A stretch of 64,000 bases of DNA from Octopus sinensis (taxonomy: Eukaryota), in NCBI RefSeq assembly GCF_006345805.1, contig NC_042997.1, positions 122,078,001 through 122,142,000 on the forward strand, in the 5' to 3' direction. The number at the start of each line of letters is the position of its first letter. Positions within the stretch are counted from its first letter, which is position 1. The notes beneath the pieces are model-generated. The model made no database searches, was not told where the DNA came from, and worked only from the letters and a program-made list of their open reading frames with translations. The position numbers and the translations under genes were made by a program. Positions 1 through 13,797 of the stretch are shown one piece after another.

Positions 1-519
1 ATTCCGAATATAACTTCATCCTCAAAGGGAAGAAACTCTAACCTTTCGATTAGATACAATGATTTGACAACGAAATATTGCGATTTGTTTTTTTTACAGT
101 TAATGTTTCTATTTTCGCTTTTGTTAAACAGAATATTTTAATCATTTAGATATATTTTTAAGTGAATGTGATTTTAAAAATGTAAGTTGTTTGTACAGTA
201 AGTATTTTGCTATCTTTAATCAGACAATATTTCAATGTTTTCTTTTCTATAAATTATTTTCAAGTGAATACCATTACAATTTTTTTTTGGCATATTTTAA
301 AAAATATTTAAAAATAAAAATGACTTTAAAATACGGTAAATATTTCGTAAAAGACACTTTCGTAACCTTGGTGTGAAATAAGTTTTTGCATAGGTGCAAG
401 AGTGGCTGTGTAAGTGCCTGTGCGTAGATAAATTGATACATATATAACCATACATGCATACGTAAATATATATATAAACGCATACATACATACATATACA
501 TACATAAGCTAAAATACAT

Positions 520-1365
520 GCCCAAAAAGTCGCACGACTCTACAACGTATCATCAGATGAAAGGAAGAGCCTGTATAAGCAGAAGATTATGCATGGATAC
601 ATTAGTAGAAAGCTCTGAGATGATAGTAACATTGATCATCAAAGAAATCTATCATGGACCAATAGCCGGATTACAATCTCCCACTTTGAAGAGTTTGCGT
701 TTGCAACTCAGAAACAGGAAATATCAGCCAAATATCTGAAGCACATAAGAGATAGAGATGCAGGCAATCAAAGCAGTAAAATGTGACAAACGATGCAGTC
801 TTTGTGGAGTTAATACCGAAGATATCACCCACATCGGAAGCAGTTGTTCGAAAATGTCATCACGGTACTATCTACCGACGAGGCATGTTGTTGTAGCTAG
901 GAGACATTAAAATGAAATCTGACGGAAGGATAACCCCGCCGACAGAGCAATAAGAACCCAAAGTATGGCAGAAGCCATAGCCACTCATAATAAAAAGGAA
1001 TACTGGTGGAAAGTTCCAGTGAAGATCTCAATTACATGTAAGCGCAATAGACTTGATATAATGATTTGAGATAGAGAAGAGAAACTGCGTACTGTTGTGG
1101 AAATTAGCTGCCCAGCTAATAAAGCTGAAGATGAATGAAAGAAAAAATACCTACTATTGAGAAAGCTGCAGTTACTCTAAATTACAAGTTCATGTTAATA
1201 CCTTTAATTATTGGGTCGATGGGATATATAACACACTGCCTAAATACCAATCTTGAGAAATTAGGCTTCTCAAAACCAGAAAGCAAATTCGAAGACTACA
1301 GATCCAATACATCACTGGAACTGTGAAAATCTGTGAAAGTTTCCAGACGTTAGTCATTTAAATAT
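520..1365 (+). mobile_element. Degenerate 3' part of an R4/Dong-like non-LTR retrotransposon (restriction-like endonuclease type)
   Basis: Frameshifted + strand translation gives FEEFAFATQKQEISAKYLKH, a CCHC knuckle (KRCSLCGVNTEDITHIGSSCSKM...RH), RLDIMI*DREEKLRTVVEISCP (PD..D endonuclease-like) and FMLIPLIIGSMGYI, in the order of an R4-clade ORF C-terminus. Confidence 0.75.
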
Positions 1366-3334
1366 ACATGAGCATGTCTAGATATGCAACTATATGCATG
1401 AGAATACATACATAAAATAAAACATACAATCTGCACATATACATACACTGAAAAAAATACCCTGTTGTTGATGTTGAAAATTCCATTGAAGGACTGCTGA
1501 ATCTAGAGTAGAAACTGGTTCTTTCTCTATTGGCAAGAAATCTTGAAATAAAACCGAATAATGTCATACACACTCATATACATACACATGCAGGTACGTA
1601 CGTACGTACGTACATACATACATACATGCATGCATGCACAAATGCTATCTGCATGTAGTGGTCTAGGACAAGCAACAACATGTATGTATGATCAGAGAAG
1701 TTAGCTAGCTTTATCATGTGACTATTTCTTCGAAAATCAAAGATGAGATTGATAATTAGAAACAAGTGTTTCAATACCTTCGGTTTCTATATCCAGGATT
1801 TAAATTGAAACTTAATTGGTGCACTTCGTTTTCTTAAAAATACTTAGTGAGAAAAAGTGGAAAAGCTACTGTTTCTCAGGACAAGAACTCAACCCCCGAA
1901 CCATCGAAATTTGCAAGATTTTCTAAAACTGAACCCGTGATGTTGGTTCTCTTATCTACAGTCCCACGATGGAGCTCTGTACGTCTGTTAGAAACCAGTT
2001 CTTTTCTTACCAGAAGACTTCAAATGAGTACAAAATGGAGGCACATAAATGCATACATTACACATACACATATATATGCCGTGCGACAACACAAACTATA
2101 TATATACATAAGTATATATATATATATATATCTATATATATATATAACACATATTTAAATATACATATATGGTCACACACTCATGTATACATATATCTGC
2201 ACCACACATACATACAAATGTACATACATACATATATGCGCTAACACGGGGAAAGTACGCGTGAGGCCCATCGTCCATCGTTATAGATAAGGTCACGGGC
2301 TGTGATGAAAGAACGTTCACAAACAAATTAATCAATTATTTAATTACTTTCTTGATTAATTAATTAATTATGTAATTAAATGATAATAAGCTTAAATTAA
2401 ATTCAATGGGCTGCGGCAGAAACTTTCCCTTTCTAAATTTGTTTGTGTGTTTGTGTGTGTGTGAATGTATGTGAGTGTATATCTATCTATATATATATAT
2501 ATATATCTATATATATATATATAACATATTTATATGTATACATATACACATATATGTATATATACTCATACATATATATGCACACAGAGCAGATGGGTAA
2601 ATATGAACACGCACACCCTTACTCACACACAAATACACACGCACAAACACATATACATACACATATATTTATAGATACAAAAAGGTGGATGTGTAGAAAG
2701 TGAGATGGAATGCCGTGTGTATGAGCAAAAATTGTGTTATGTTGGAGAATGGCTTGAAATGAATCTATCGATCGTTTTCCCTCTGGGATGTCTGTGCTTG
2801 TAAATCCTGTCTCGAGTATTCTACTTTGTGTCTCACCCAAACTTTGAAGGCATTAGAACCTGTAGAGCATTGAAAACTATAGGGACATTCGTTCCTCAAT
2901 ATATTCAGGAAGGGCTTTCTTCAGAATTGATTCACATTGGCATAGCATTTGTAGCATATTTTGGCTTACTTAATGTATGTTCTTAGCGTTTAGGACGAAT
3001 GCATGTTATGTGTGTGCGTATATGGGGCGTAGAATATATTTTCTTAATATGTGTAGTAATTGCGATTTCTGTTCAAAGTGACAAGGTGTACATTATCTCA
3101 TTGAATAATGTTTTCGAGACCTCTGTTCTTTGAAAAAGTACAGGTTTATTGTGAAGTATCTCAATTGTATGTGAATGAAACTCAGAAAAGGAGAAGATAT
3201 TGAGGGAGAAAGAAAAGGAGATATGACCAGCGTAAGTGACAGCAAGTGGGTCGTTGTTGTATGACAGTTTAAGTATAGGTGACAGAACAAAAATTAGCTG
3301 CACAGAAGAATTTCGGCACCAATATTGTGAATTC

Positions 3335-4400
3335 ATAGTAATCCCGTGCCATATCGTGGTTCACCTATCGCGCACTCACTGCATCGCGGATTTTTCTGGC
3401 TAATATATGTAGATCGCGGGTTTCTGCAGCAGATATGTTATTATATTTTTTAGATTTTAACTATTTTTGCGAGAGGTTTTAGAACGTAACACTTGCAATA
3501 GTCGAGGAATTACTGTAATGCCATTACTAACACAAGCCTTTAAATATACTAGTACATTATGGTTGCATAGCGAAATACGGTGTCCCTGCCAGCAACTAAT
3601 ATTGTTATTGTTTACTGCAAATTTTACGAAAGCGACCGCCGATAGCTATTAAGGGAGTTGCTTATAAAAAAACTGCCTCCATCACTTTGTAATGGTTGAA
3701 GTGAGTGTAATAGGAATCTGTGTGGTGTGCGGATTTGAGTTTCTTGAATTATTACTATTAAGAATTTCATAGGTGTGATGCAAGTAGTGCCATGACAACG
3801 TGCTTGCGACACACACTCACACCCAGAACAAGACATTCTACCTGCACTAGAAACCAATATCAATCAAGTTTGTAATGCAAGAAGAAAAGCCATTGATTAC
3901 AACGGAAGACAAAAAGTTTACGACAAAATATCCTTCATGAAATATGAGAGAAGATCAGAGTGAATAGCTGCAGTTTCTCCAGATCGTTCAGACAACTTAA
4001 AGACTACAGGTACGTTTTTGACCTCAACAGGCAATGAAGATAATATTGATCTAGCTTCCAACAACGTGGGAAGAATGGTGCTTCAAAATTTCAGGTGAAG
4101 CACGTAAAGTTTTAGAACCTTTTGCGGGTAGAAGGGATGGCAGGCATATCTATATCTTGGTGGTGTGCAGACGATTCCCTGCTCTGTCAGTATGGTGGAA
4201 GCATACAGCCATTGGAAATAAGAAGAAGCGAAAGAAAGGCAGTTGCCTGCAAGGTATAAGAGGCAGCAGATACAACCTGTCGTTAGTAATGCAGCTAAGC
4301 CGGGAGTCGTGTGCATCTGGAAATCAGAAGCAGTGATTTCGCCGACAATGGTGACCAATCATGGAGAAAATTTTAAGATTCAGAATCGAAACACCAAATG
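3335..4400 (+). mobile_element. Degenerate Tigger/pogo-like DNA transposon (left end plus transposase N-terminal remnants)
   Basis: Starts with a Tigger-like terminus (agtaatcccgtgccatatcgtggttcacctatcgcg). Broken frames give RRKAI/ITTEDK (HTH start) and TFCG*KGW, similar to the pogo/CENP-B ASKGW motif. No right TIR found. Confidence 0.45.
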
Positions 4401-5539
4401 ATGGTAGGATTTTGTCTGATATCTTCATTTCCGTCTGGTCAAATGAGGCTTCAAATGATGATTACATCTAAATGAAACTGCTACTTCCTTCAGAAACCAT
4501 AGATGAATCAAGTGTAAACATATTCACTTAAATGTAATCGAGTTCTTAATTCTATTTACATTTGTTATTACATTTACAAGTGCAATTGTAGTGTAAAACA
4601 TCAGGAACTATTCACGTTGAAATATATATTATTAAAAAGGATTTAGTTAGACATATCAGTCAAGTGAATGAAATATTATGAAACCGCTAAGAATTCTTTA
4701 TATGAAAGATAGTCATGATATTTTAAAGAAATCTGTTTAATGCCACAGTTAGGATTTTACATATGCTTCAATTCTTAATATCTGTAGAACTAAATATAAT
4801 GATTAAATAATTGCGACGCATTGAAAATATTTATGACCGATATGCAGATTTTTTTCTTTTTTTTTTTTGTTTTTCAGTTCTGTACAACATGGGGAGATTT
4901 ATTTACAGATTACAGACAGGATTAAACTAATCGACAATGCAAATCTTCTTAATTAGGAATTGAAAATCACTGAATCACCACATATGCAAGTATTATGTGA
5001 TAGCAGTCATGTTACTTGTTGCAGAAGTATTATGGTATGTTAATTGGAATGTAAACCAACTGTATACTATGATAAAATCCGGAATACTGTCGCATTAAAG
5101 AGCAGTATACAACAGCATGTGTGAGAAGATGAGGCTTCGTCATTAGAATCTGTCTTGTCAGTAACACATTGACATTGATGGCTTTATTAGGGGATCATAA
5201 CATTACCAGAAAGCTAATTAACACACATAAGTTTAAGTGCTTATGTACTCGCAATAAAGGATCTGAAGGAGATTCTAAACGGACAAGAATTTGGTGTATA
5301 TTTGCGTCGGAAAGTTAAGATATATTTTTAAAATATAGACCCTTGTAAAAAAGGCAAAATTGGCTTAGTCAGTATTGATTGGAAAGAAACAAAAACCAAT
5401 CCAATACGAGCTTTGTCAAAATACTAAGATGTGAATGTTAGCTACACTAATGAATCGAGTGTATATGTGAGTGAGTGAGTGTATGTGTTTATGTACGTGT
5501 GTGCGGACGTGTGCGTGTGTATGAAGCAAATGATAGAGA

Positions 5540-5765
5540 CGGGAAAATGGAATACACTGGTAAATTTATTCCTCACAACAATCGTTTCTACACCTCTGGC
5601 ATCGATCCTACGAGGGGCGGAAGTATCCAACTAGTTGTGGTGTGTCCTTCGGCGCAGAAATGTTTCATCAGGTTGTGTAATAAGAGCAGTCTTATTAAAT
5701 GAACTTTGTTTCGCTTGGATTTAATACATATTGTGACCGTGGGTTTAAGCCGTTGGGCAGGATTA
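5540..5765 (-). mobile_element. Hammerhead-bearing repeat, family H2, copy 1 (Penelope-like or retrozyme-like)
   Basis: Its reverse complement aligns over ~220 bp with 7650-7880 (ctgcccaacggcttaaac ... gaaacgattgttgtgag). Confidence 0.65.
5574..5677 (-). ncRNA. Type I hammerhead ribozyme motif with long helix II
   Basis: Minus strand reads cacaac-CTGATGA-a-acatttctg...cagaggtgt-a-GAAA-cga-TT-gttgtg. Helix I is 6 bp and the helix II base is 9 bp including two G.U pairs, with an A.A mismatch at 10.1/11.1. Confidence 0.55.
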
Positions 5766-5927
5766 TGTAGTACCTACTTGACCGCTGTCATGCATACATC
5801 TTTGCCTGCCCTTAGACACTGCTCTGTAAGTGATGAACACACTATCACATACGCTCAACAACACACCGTACCGCCACCCTAGCCAAGAGGCTTTGTACAG
5901 ACAGTATGTTACATGATAAAGTGTTTA

Positions 5928-6166
5928 TTCTTATTTCTTTATTTCCCACAAGGGGCTAAACACAGAGAGGACAAACAAGGACAGACAAAGGGATTAAGTC
6001 GATTATATCGACCCCAGTGCGTAACTGGTACTTAATTTATCGATTCCGAAAGGATAAAAGGCTAAGATGACCTCGGCGGAATTTCAACTCAGAACGTAAC
6101 GGCAGACGAAATACTGCTTAGCATTTCGTCCGGTGTGCTAACGTTTCTGCCAGCTCACTGCCTTAT
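5928..6166 (-). mobile_element. SINE family B
   Basis: Contains the diagnostic ttctgagttgaaattccgccgaggtc...cctttcgg...cgataaattaagtaccagttacgcactggggtcg on the minus strand; many copies in the window. Confidence 0.85.
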
Positions 6167-6752
6167 TCTATGAACACTTATAGACTCGCAGTAACAGTAA
6201 TAGAACGAATGATGATCTACACACGGACCTGTAAGTGCGGATTGATCTTGCAGCCAATACGAATAAACGGGACAGTTGATCAGCGTGTTCGCTAAATGCA
6301 TGACATTATTACTGTATTAATATTACTTTATGTGCTGTTTCACTGTTTCTTTGTTTCATTAAATTGCCTAGTTTTACTAGATGCGCCCCATGGAATAACC
6401 CCATCGGAAAGGGTAGCTATGTTCGACTAAACTTGGTTATAGGCATGGATGAGTTCGTACACATAAACTCGCTCGTGTATATGAAGATATACACACACAC
6501 ATATATGTAGGTGGGTGTATCGATATATATATATATATATATGTGTGTGTGGTGTGTGTGTGTGTGGTGTGTGTGTGTGTGTGTGTGTGTGTACACGTAT
6601 ATATGGGCATGTGTGCATACATCTGTGAATATATGTATTTAGGTGATTATACACAGCGACATAAGCACAATGGTGAGAGCATACATACATGGTGTGAATA
6701 GGGGGGTATGCGCATATCTGTGCATGTATATATGTATATATAAGCGTGTTTG

Positions 6753-6816
<64 letters not shown>

Positions 6817-7022
6817 TACGGAGATTTACTCGCATAGCAAGTGATTTGATCTGAGATCGTGTGCTGGAACGAAAACAATTGCAGCGTGGAAGGTGTTTGT
6901 AAACCATTTAAGAAACACACAAAAGCCGTTCGATTCACTTCAACATTTAAGTTTAAGTTGTCAAAATATTTTCGTCGCTAAAATCCGCGACCTGTTCACT
7001 GACAAAAATCCGTGCTGCATCT
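6817..7022 (+). mobile_element. One arm of a palindromic MITE-like repeat
   Basis: Matches 48896-49028 directly and 49029-49194 in reverse complement. Confidence 0.7.
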
Positions 7023-7054
7023 CATATATCTCATATATATATATATGTGTGTGT

Positions 7055-7115
<61 letters not shown>

Positions 7116-7649
7116 CACATATAGATATATATGTGCGAGCGGTTGCACGTATATGTGTATATATATATGCGTGTATATATGTATGTGTTTCTAGATGTAC
7201 ATGTGCTTGTATATGTGTATCCATGTACATATGTGCACACACAGACATGTGTGTTTGTGTGTGGGTGTGTGTGTGGGTGTGTGCGTGAATGTGAGTGTAC
7301 GCGTATGCGTGTATATATGTATATAGGCGTATGTAGTAATGTGTGTAGTAAATAGCCAATAAGAGATTTACGATCAACTGATCCCCCTGATCCAGTCAGC
7401 CAGAATCTACGGTGCCTTGCCTCACAACAGGATACAAAAATGGCTGGACAGTTTAATGACATCTACTAAACTGCACACATCAGCGAGTGTGTGTGTAAAA
7501 AACCGCAAGTGTAGGTATGGAAGTAATTACGCCTGGTACTGACACATCTACTCTTTCACTTTATTTTGTTTTATCCTCCTTATTTTTCTTATTCTATATT
7601 TCTTAATTACTCTGTTTATATCTACATTACAACGAAGCCCGTCCCTCGC

Positions 7650-7880
7650 CCGTTCTGCCCAACGGCTTAAACTTATGTTCACTTACAACATGCTGCATTA
7701 AAACCGAACGAATCAGATTCATTTAACGAGATACCTCTTATTATAACATCGACGATACACTTCTGCATCGGGGGATACACTACAGCTTGTTGTATAGTTT
7801 GCCACCCGCGAAGGATCGATGCATGATATGTCGAAACGATTGTTGTGAGCAATAGAGTTTACCTTGTATTTCATTTTTCG
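7650..7880 (+). mobile_element. Hammerhead-bearing repeat, family H2, copy 2 (core decayed)
   Basis: Homologous to 5540-5765 in inverted orientation. At 7743-7847 it keeps tgcatcg/cgatgca helix II pairing and c-GAAA-cga-TT-gttgtg, but CTGANGA has become tcgacga. Confidence 0.6.
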
Positions 7881-8071
7881 TCTCTATCATCTGTTTTATA
7901 CTCAACGTATATTGAGGAATCCCTGAGGTACATCCAGCGACAAATGGGCAGTTATTACTGTGGGTGACGTCAGGTAGCTATAGACATATAAATAATAATT
8001 AAACGGGAAGTCAGTACTCTAATTTTTTTTTAAAGAATTCTCTCTACATATAAATTAATGTGTTTATATAT

Positions 8072-8474
8072 CTCTTTTACTCGTTTCTGTCATTTGACTG
8101 CGGCCATGCTGGAGCACCGCCTTTAGTCGAGGAAATCGACCCCAAGACTTATTCTTTGTAAGCCTAGTACTTATTCTATCGGTCTCTTTTGCCGAACCGC
8201 TAAGTTACGGGGGACGTAAACACACCAGCATCTGTTGTCAAGCGATGCTGGGGAGACAAACACAGACACACAAACATATGTAGACACACATATATATATA
8301 TATATACATATATACGACGGGCTTCTTTCAGTTTCGTCCAGCAAATCCACTCACATGTCTTTGGTCGGCCTGAGGCTATAGTAGAAGACACTTGCCCAAG
8401 CTGCCACGCAGTGGGACTGAACCCGGAACCATGTGGTTGGTAAGCAAGCAATTTACAGCACCGCCACTCCTGCG
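8072..8474 (-). mobile_element. SINE family A, near full length
   Basis: tRNA-like head (ggttccgggttcagtcccactgcgtggc), central TA/TG microsatellite and a 3' gactaaaggcggtgctccagcatggccgcagtcaaatga tail. Confidence 0.9.
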
Positions 8475-10349
8475 ACTATATGTTTAAAACCAACTTAATG
8501 AAGTTGTGAAAAATTTCTGTTCTATGAAATTCAAACATTCATTTTATACTTCGTCGAGTATGAATGAACGCAAAATTATATGTGAGCACAAACAAAAACA
8601 AACAATTATACATGTATGTTTCTGTGTATTTTAATATAAGAAGTTTGACCTTATAAGAATAAAACTTTTGCAATATATATCGTATTTTATCATAGGTCAT
8701 AAAGCAGTAGATACAGCAATTTAAACGTGTTTATGGAAAGGTCAAAACTAGGGAGAAAAAAAATCAACAAGATAATATGGCGCCCCCACCAAAAGAAAAA
8801 ATATATTAAGATAATAAAAAATATTGCTTCAAGGAAATAACTGTGTGGGATGGAACTCATCAAAAAGAAATTCCATGTGTATAAGTATCAAACTATCAGT
8901 TCGAATTTCGAAGATATATGTAATATAAAAATTACAATCAGGAATGAGAATTCTCTGGTTGACAAGTGAGTATGGAACATCTCAAAAGCTAACAGAACGC
9001 AAGGAACGTAACGTTTGCCAGATTTATCAAACAACATCATTTTATTATTAACTGTGTTCAAAGTAAAGAAAACTACAGATGGCTTAGGACAAAATAATGT
9101 TTGATTTAAACTTAATATATTAAATCTACATGAACAAATCCACTCTTTTCCGAGAAATATATTATATTTACTATATGTAGATATAAACAGCATTGAGAAT
9201 TACCGTATTAAGGTATAAAGATATATATTATTGTTACAGTTGTTGTTCCTGGTGTTTGGAGAAAAAATAAAGGATCTGAAGGGAAAGATTCTAAACAAAC
9301 AAGAATTTGGTGTAATATTTGCATCGGAAAGTTAAAATAGATTAAAAAATATAAAACCATGTAAAGTGAGGCAAAGTTGGCTAAGTCTATATTGATAGAA
9401 AATTAAAAACAAAAACAAAAACAAACAAAATACCAATCAAAACAATCCAATAAGAGTTTTGTCAAAACATCATGTGGCAAATATTGCATAAAGATGACAA
9501 AGAAAATTCTAAATAACATATGGGTCCTTATCTAAATTAAATCGTAACTCTCCACTTACATCAGTTTATCCACCTACCTATCAGTGTATCTCTCATATCT
9601 ACACACAGACATACGTATATGCGAATAAGCGTACAAGCATACATACGGATTCACTGCACTACATAGGAAAGCGGGTATTACATTTATAAAACGCGGCTAA
9701 AACAATATAATATATGAATACAACAAATTAGCTTAAAACAATAGATGTACCAATCATGATTACAAATAAAAATAACGTAGATGCTAATGTTATATGTATG
9801 AATATCTACTGATATTTCTTGTATTTATTTTATATGATTATATCTGACTACATCACTTTTAACCTGTCGTTTCCATTTATATAATATGTAGCCTTAACTA
9901 TAGTATAGTATAGCCTTACTCTTAGTATAATGCGATCGCTTGATGAAATTTGAATCAATGTATGTATGAGAATATCCACTGTACATGTATATATAATGGT
10001 ATTTGTACGCAAAACTTTATCGATATGTAAATGTATTTTTCGCTTACTGTATATATAGTCGGTATTTATCTACTAAGTGTATAGTAATCGTTATTACAGA
10101 GCACGAAATCATTAGATTAGAAATCATTATCTCGCATTCAACCTTGGGTTATAAATAGAGAACAAATTTAGAGTGGATTGTAGGAATTTGACATCGGCTT
10201 CTAGCGCATAGACGCTGGAGTACTAGCGCCCTTAATTATAATTATATTTTTATAATTATATAGTTTAAAATTGATTTTACCGATATGGTCAGTTTTTATA
10301 TGCTAGCCACTGAAATAATTATTTTAATGATTATATCCCCAATTTATAA

Positions 10350-10381
<32 letters not shown>

Positions 10382-10502
10382 CAATTAAGGACAACTTCTT
10401 AATAAGGAATCTTAATAAGAAAATATCAGGTAGATAGCGTGAAAAACCTCATAAGAGAAAAATTTCGAAAATAATTCTTTCTTATTGAACTATTAATTTA
10501 TT

Positions 10503-10637
10503 TATAGAGGGCATTATTATACATAGATGCCACACGCTAAGAGGGACAAAAAGTCATTTCTACCAAAAATTTTTTTGTAGAAATGACTTTTTGTCCCTCT
10601 TAGCGTGTGGCATCTATGTATAATAATGCCCTCTATA
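10503..10637. repeat. Perfect 61-bp-arm palindrome
   Basis: 10503-10563 is the exact reverse complement of 10577-10637, with a 13-nt spacer. Confidence 0.95.
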
Positions 10638-10699
10638 TATAAATATATATATATATATATATTTATATGCGTGTATGTGTATATATACGCAAATAAGAT

Positions 10700-10865
10700 T
10701 CTTTTCTACTCTAGGCACAAGGCCCGACATTTTTGGAGAGTGGGGCCAGTCGATTAGATCGAACCCCAGTACCCAACTGGTACTTAATTTAGCGACCCCG
10801 AAAGGATGAAAGGCAAAAGTCGACCTCGGCGGAATTTGAATTCAGAACGTAAAGAGAGACGCAAA
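10700..10865 (-). mobile_element. SINE family B variant, partial
   Basis: gaccccgaaaggatgaaaggcaaaagtcgacctcggcggaatttgaa core. Confidence 0.8.
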
Positions 10866-10920
10866 TAATAATATAGATTGATTTGATCATTTAAACATAA
10901 CGATGAACTATTTTTCCCCG

Positions 10921-11372
10921 TAATTTCTGTCATTTGACTGCAGTTGTGCTGGAGCACTGCCTTGAAGGCTTTTAATCGAACAAATCGACCCCAGGACATA
11001 TTTGTTTTAATGCGTAACACTTACTCTATAGATCTCCTTTGCCGAAACCGGTAAGTTACGGGGATATAAGCACACCAGCATCGGTTGTTAAGGCGGTAAT
11101 GGGGAGACACACAGGCACACAACACCCACACACACACACACACACACACATATATAATATATATATAATATATATATATTATATGTTATATATATATATA
11201 TAATATCTACGAGGGGTTTCTTTCAGTTTCTGTCAACCAAATCCACTCACATTTCTTCGGTCGGCGCGAGGCTATAGTAGAAGACATTTGCCTACGGTAT
11301 CAGGCAGTAAGCCTGAACCTGGAACCATGTGGTAGGGAAACAAGCTTCTTACTACATAGCTACGCCTGCGCC
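10921..11372 (-). mobile_element. SINE family A
   Basis: Aligns with 8072-8474 along its length. Confidence 0.85.
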
Positions 11373-11499
11373 TATTTACGAAATTCATATAAATACTTTC
11401 TGTTAGAACTTGTGTGTGTGAGTATGTCTACGTGAAAACGTGTAAGCACTTTTCTGAAAATATTCATATGATATGTATGTATTTGGGAGACATTAATTT

Positions 11500-11728
11500 A
11501 TTTACTGCTCACAAGGGGCTATACACAGAGTGGAGAAACAAGGACAGACAAACGGATTAAGTCGATTACATCAACCTCAGTGAGTAACTGGTATTTATTT
11601 AATCGACCCCGAAAGGATGAAAGGCAAAGTCTGCCTCGGTGGAATTTGAACTCAGAACGTAGCGGCAGACGAAATCCGCTAAGCATTTCGCCCGGCTTGC
11701 TAACGTTTCTGCCAGCTCGCCGCCTTCA
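11500..11728 (-). mobile_element. SINE family B
   Basis: Aligns with 5928-6166. Confidence 0.85.
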
Positions 11729-12340
11729 CATTATCAATGCTTTTAGAATTATATTTCTCACCTGAATCAGCCGTGCGTCAAATTCCAACAGTTTGGGGCG
11801 CTTCGGTATGCACCTAAGTAACTCTACTAAATCTTAAACAAGTACGATGTCTTTAACAAAACTGGCTTCTCATCTCGATATTTAAAGATATCCTTTTATT
11901 ATCTTATATTTTCTCCGTACTTGGCATTCTATTTATTGGTTGGCTTATTTATTCCTTTATCTATCATATTATCGATGTTTTTTTTCCTTTATTATGTTTA
12001 TTATTACAATTGTTATTATATGGTTTCTGGAGAGTTAGCCAAATCTTTAGAAATCAAAACTTTATGATAAACTTATTTTTTGGTTCATCTTTATTTTTAG
12101 ATTCTATTGTGTTTTCTGAATTCGTATTTACTTATTGTCATCGCTTCATTACTCCGCTCCATATATGGTAATTCTAGTATTTGTTCAGAGTGAAATCTGC
12201 CGATACATTCATTTTCTGAGACTATATAATATCATTTGCTGCTTATAGAGTTGTCTGATGTTTTATTCGGCCATGAAATGTTCTTAAGTGTGGTCTGTTC
12301 GTTACATTACAGCACAAAAACATTTATAGGTGAGTGTATG

Positions 12341-12441
<101 letters not shown>

Positions 12442-13242
12442 GTGAGTGTATGTGCATATATCATGTGTGTGTGTGTATATATATACGCACACACATAGAA
12501 ACACACACACAGAAATATAACAGATAAAGTAGCGTTGCTTATGTACTTAACTCTGATTACGGAACAGTTGTCAACTAATGGAATAATCATCTATTCTCTC
12601 ACTTCAGTTCTTTTATCTGGTCAAGTTTTGTACACACACACGTGTGTGCAAATTATATAATCAATATATCTAAGAATTTTATAATAATAATATAAGTTAA
12701 AATCATATAATACAATTTATGAATTACCGTTATGAAATTATTTATTAATAAACCGTTATCACACACATATATATCAAGGTTAAATCAATGATACCTTTAA
12801 AAGCACCCATTAAGATTCATTGGAAATTTAAATAATTAGAATTCTAATAATAAATACTGTATGATATATCTTCCTTATATATTCATATTAGATTGTCAAA
12901 ATATCTACCTAAATATTTTATTGTGAAATCAATAAGTATAATTTGAAAACAAAAACCGTTATCAACCTTGATAAGATTCCAATCTCAGCTAATGAAAAAA
13001 TATTGAAATTGGTTGGTGCCTTTAAGAAAACAAAGGAGAAGTAGAGTGAAGAAAACCAGCACTATGCAGTAGTTGCAGAATTACACTACAAACTTTATAC
13101 ACACACAAACACACACATATATATATATATATACATATAGATATATAGACATATATATCCGTATATAGACATATATATATATATGTATATATACATATGT
13201 ATATACATATAGATATATATGTATATATAGACATACACACGC

Positions 13243-13284
<42 letters not shown>

Positions 13285-13311
13285 CTATATAAATATGTGT
13301 GTGTGTATGTA

Positions 13312-13668
13312 TGTACGGCTTAGTGGTTAGGGCATTCGGCTCACGATTGTAAGGTCGTTTCTCGGGACCGCGTTTTGCGCTTGAGCAAGACACTTTCTTT
13401 CACGCTGCTCCAGTCCACTCAGCTGAGAAACATGCGAAGTACGTGTATTTCAAAGCACCAGTCATGTCACACTCGGTGTCACGCTGGCTTGAGAGTGGAA
13501 CTACTAGGCAAAAATTTAACAAAAAGCTCTTGGTATAAATATGTATGTCTTTTTGTCTTTGTGTATTTATTTGTGCTAAACCACCGCTTGACAACAGGCG
13601 TTGGTATGTTTATATTTCCGCAACCTAGCAGTTCAACAAAATGGAATGAACAGCAGGCTATAAAACGG

Positions 13669-13702
<34 letters not shown>

Positions 13703-13797
13703 ATATATATACATATGGGGTTGATTCATTCTACTGAAAATTATTCAAGCAGTGCCGTAGCATATCTGCAGTCTCATCTGAAACAAGTAAAAGAAAC
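13312..13797 (+). mobile_element. tRNA-derived SINE family C 5' part, followed by a decayed SINE family A 3' part
   Basis: ggcttagtggttagggcattcggctcacgattgtaaggtcg head (A-box-like) at 13315. The family A 3' body starts near 13545. Confidence 0.7.

Noticed and set aside
5090-5170. Similarity to 53655-53725 (shared tgtcttgtcagtaaca)
   Set aside because: Only a 16-bp exact match with weak flanks in AT-rich DNA.
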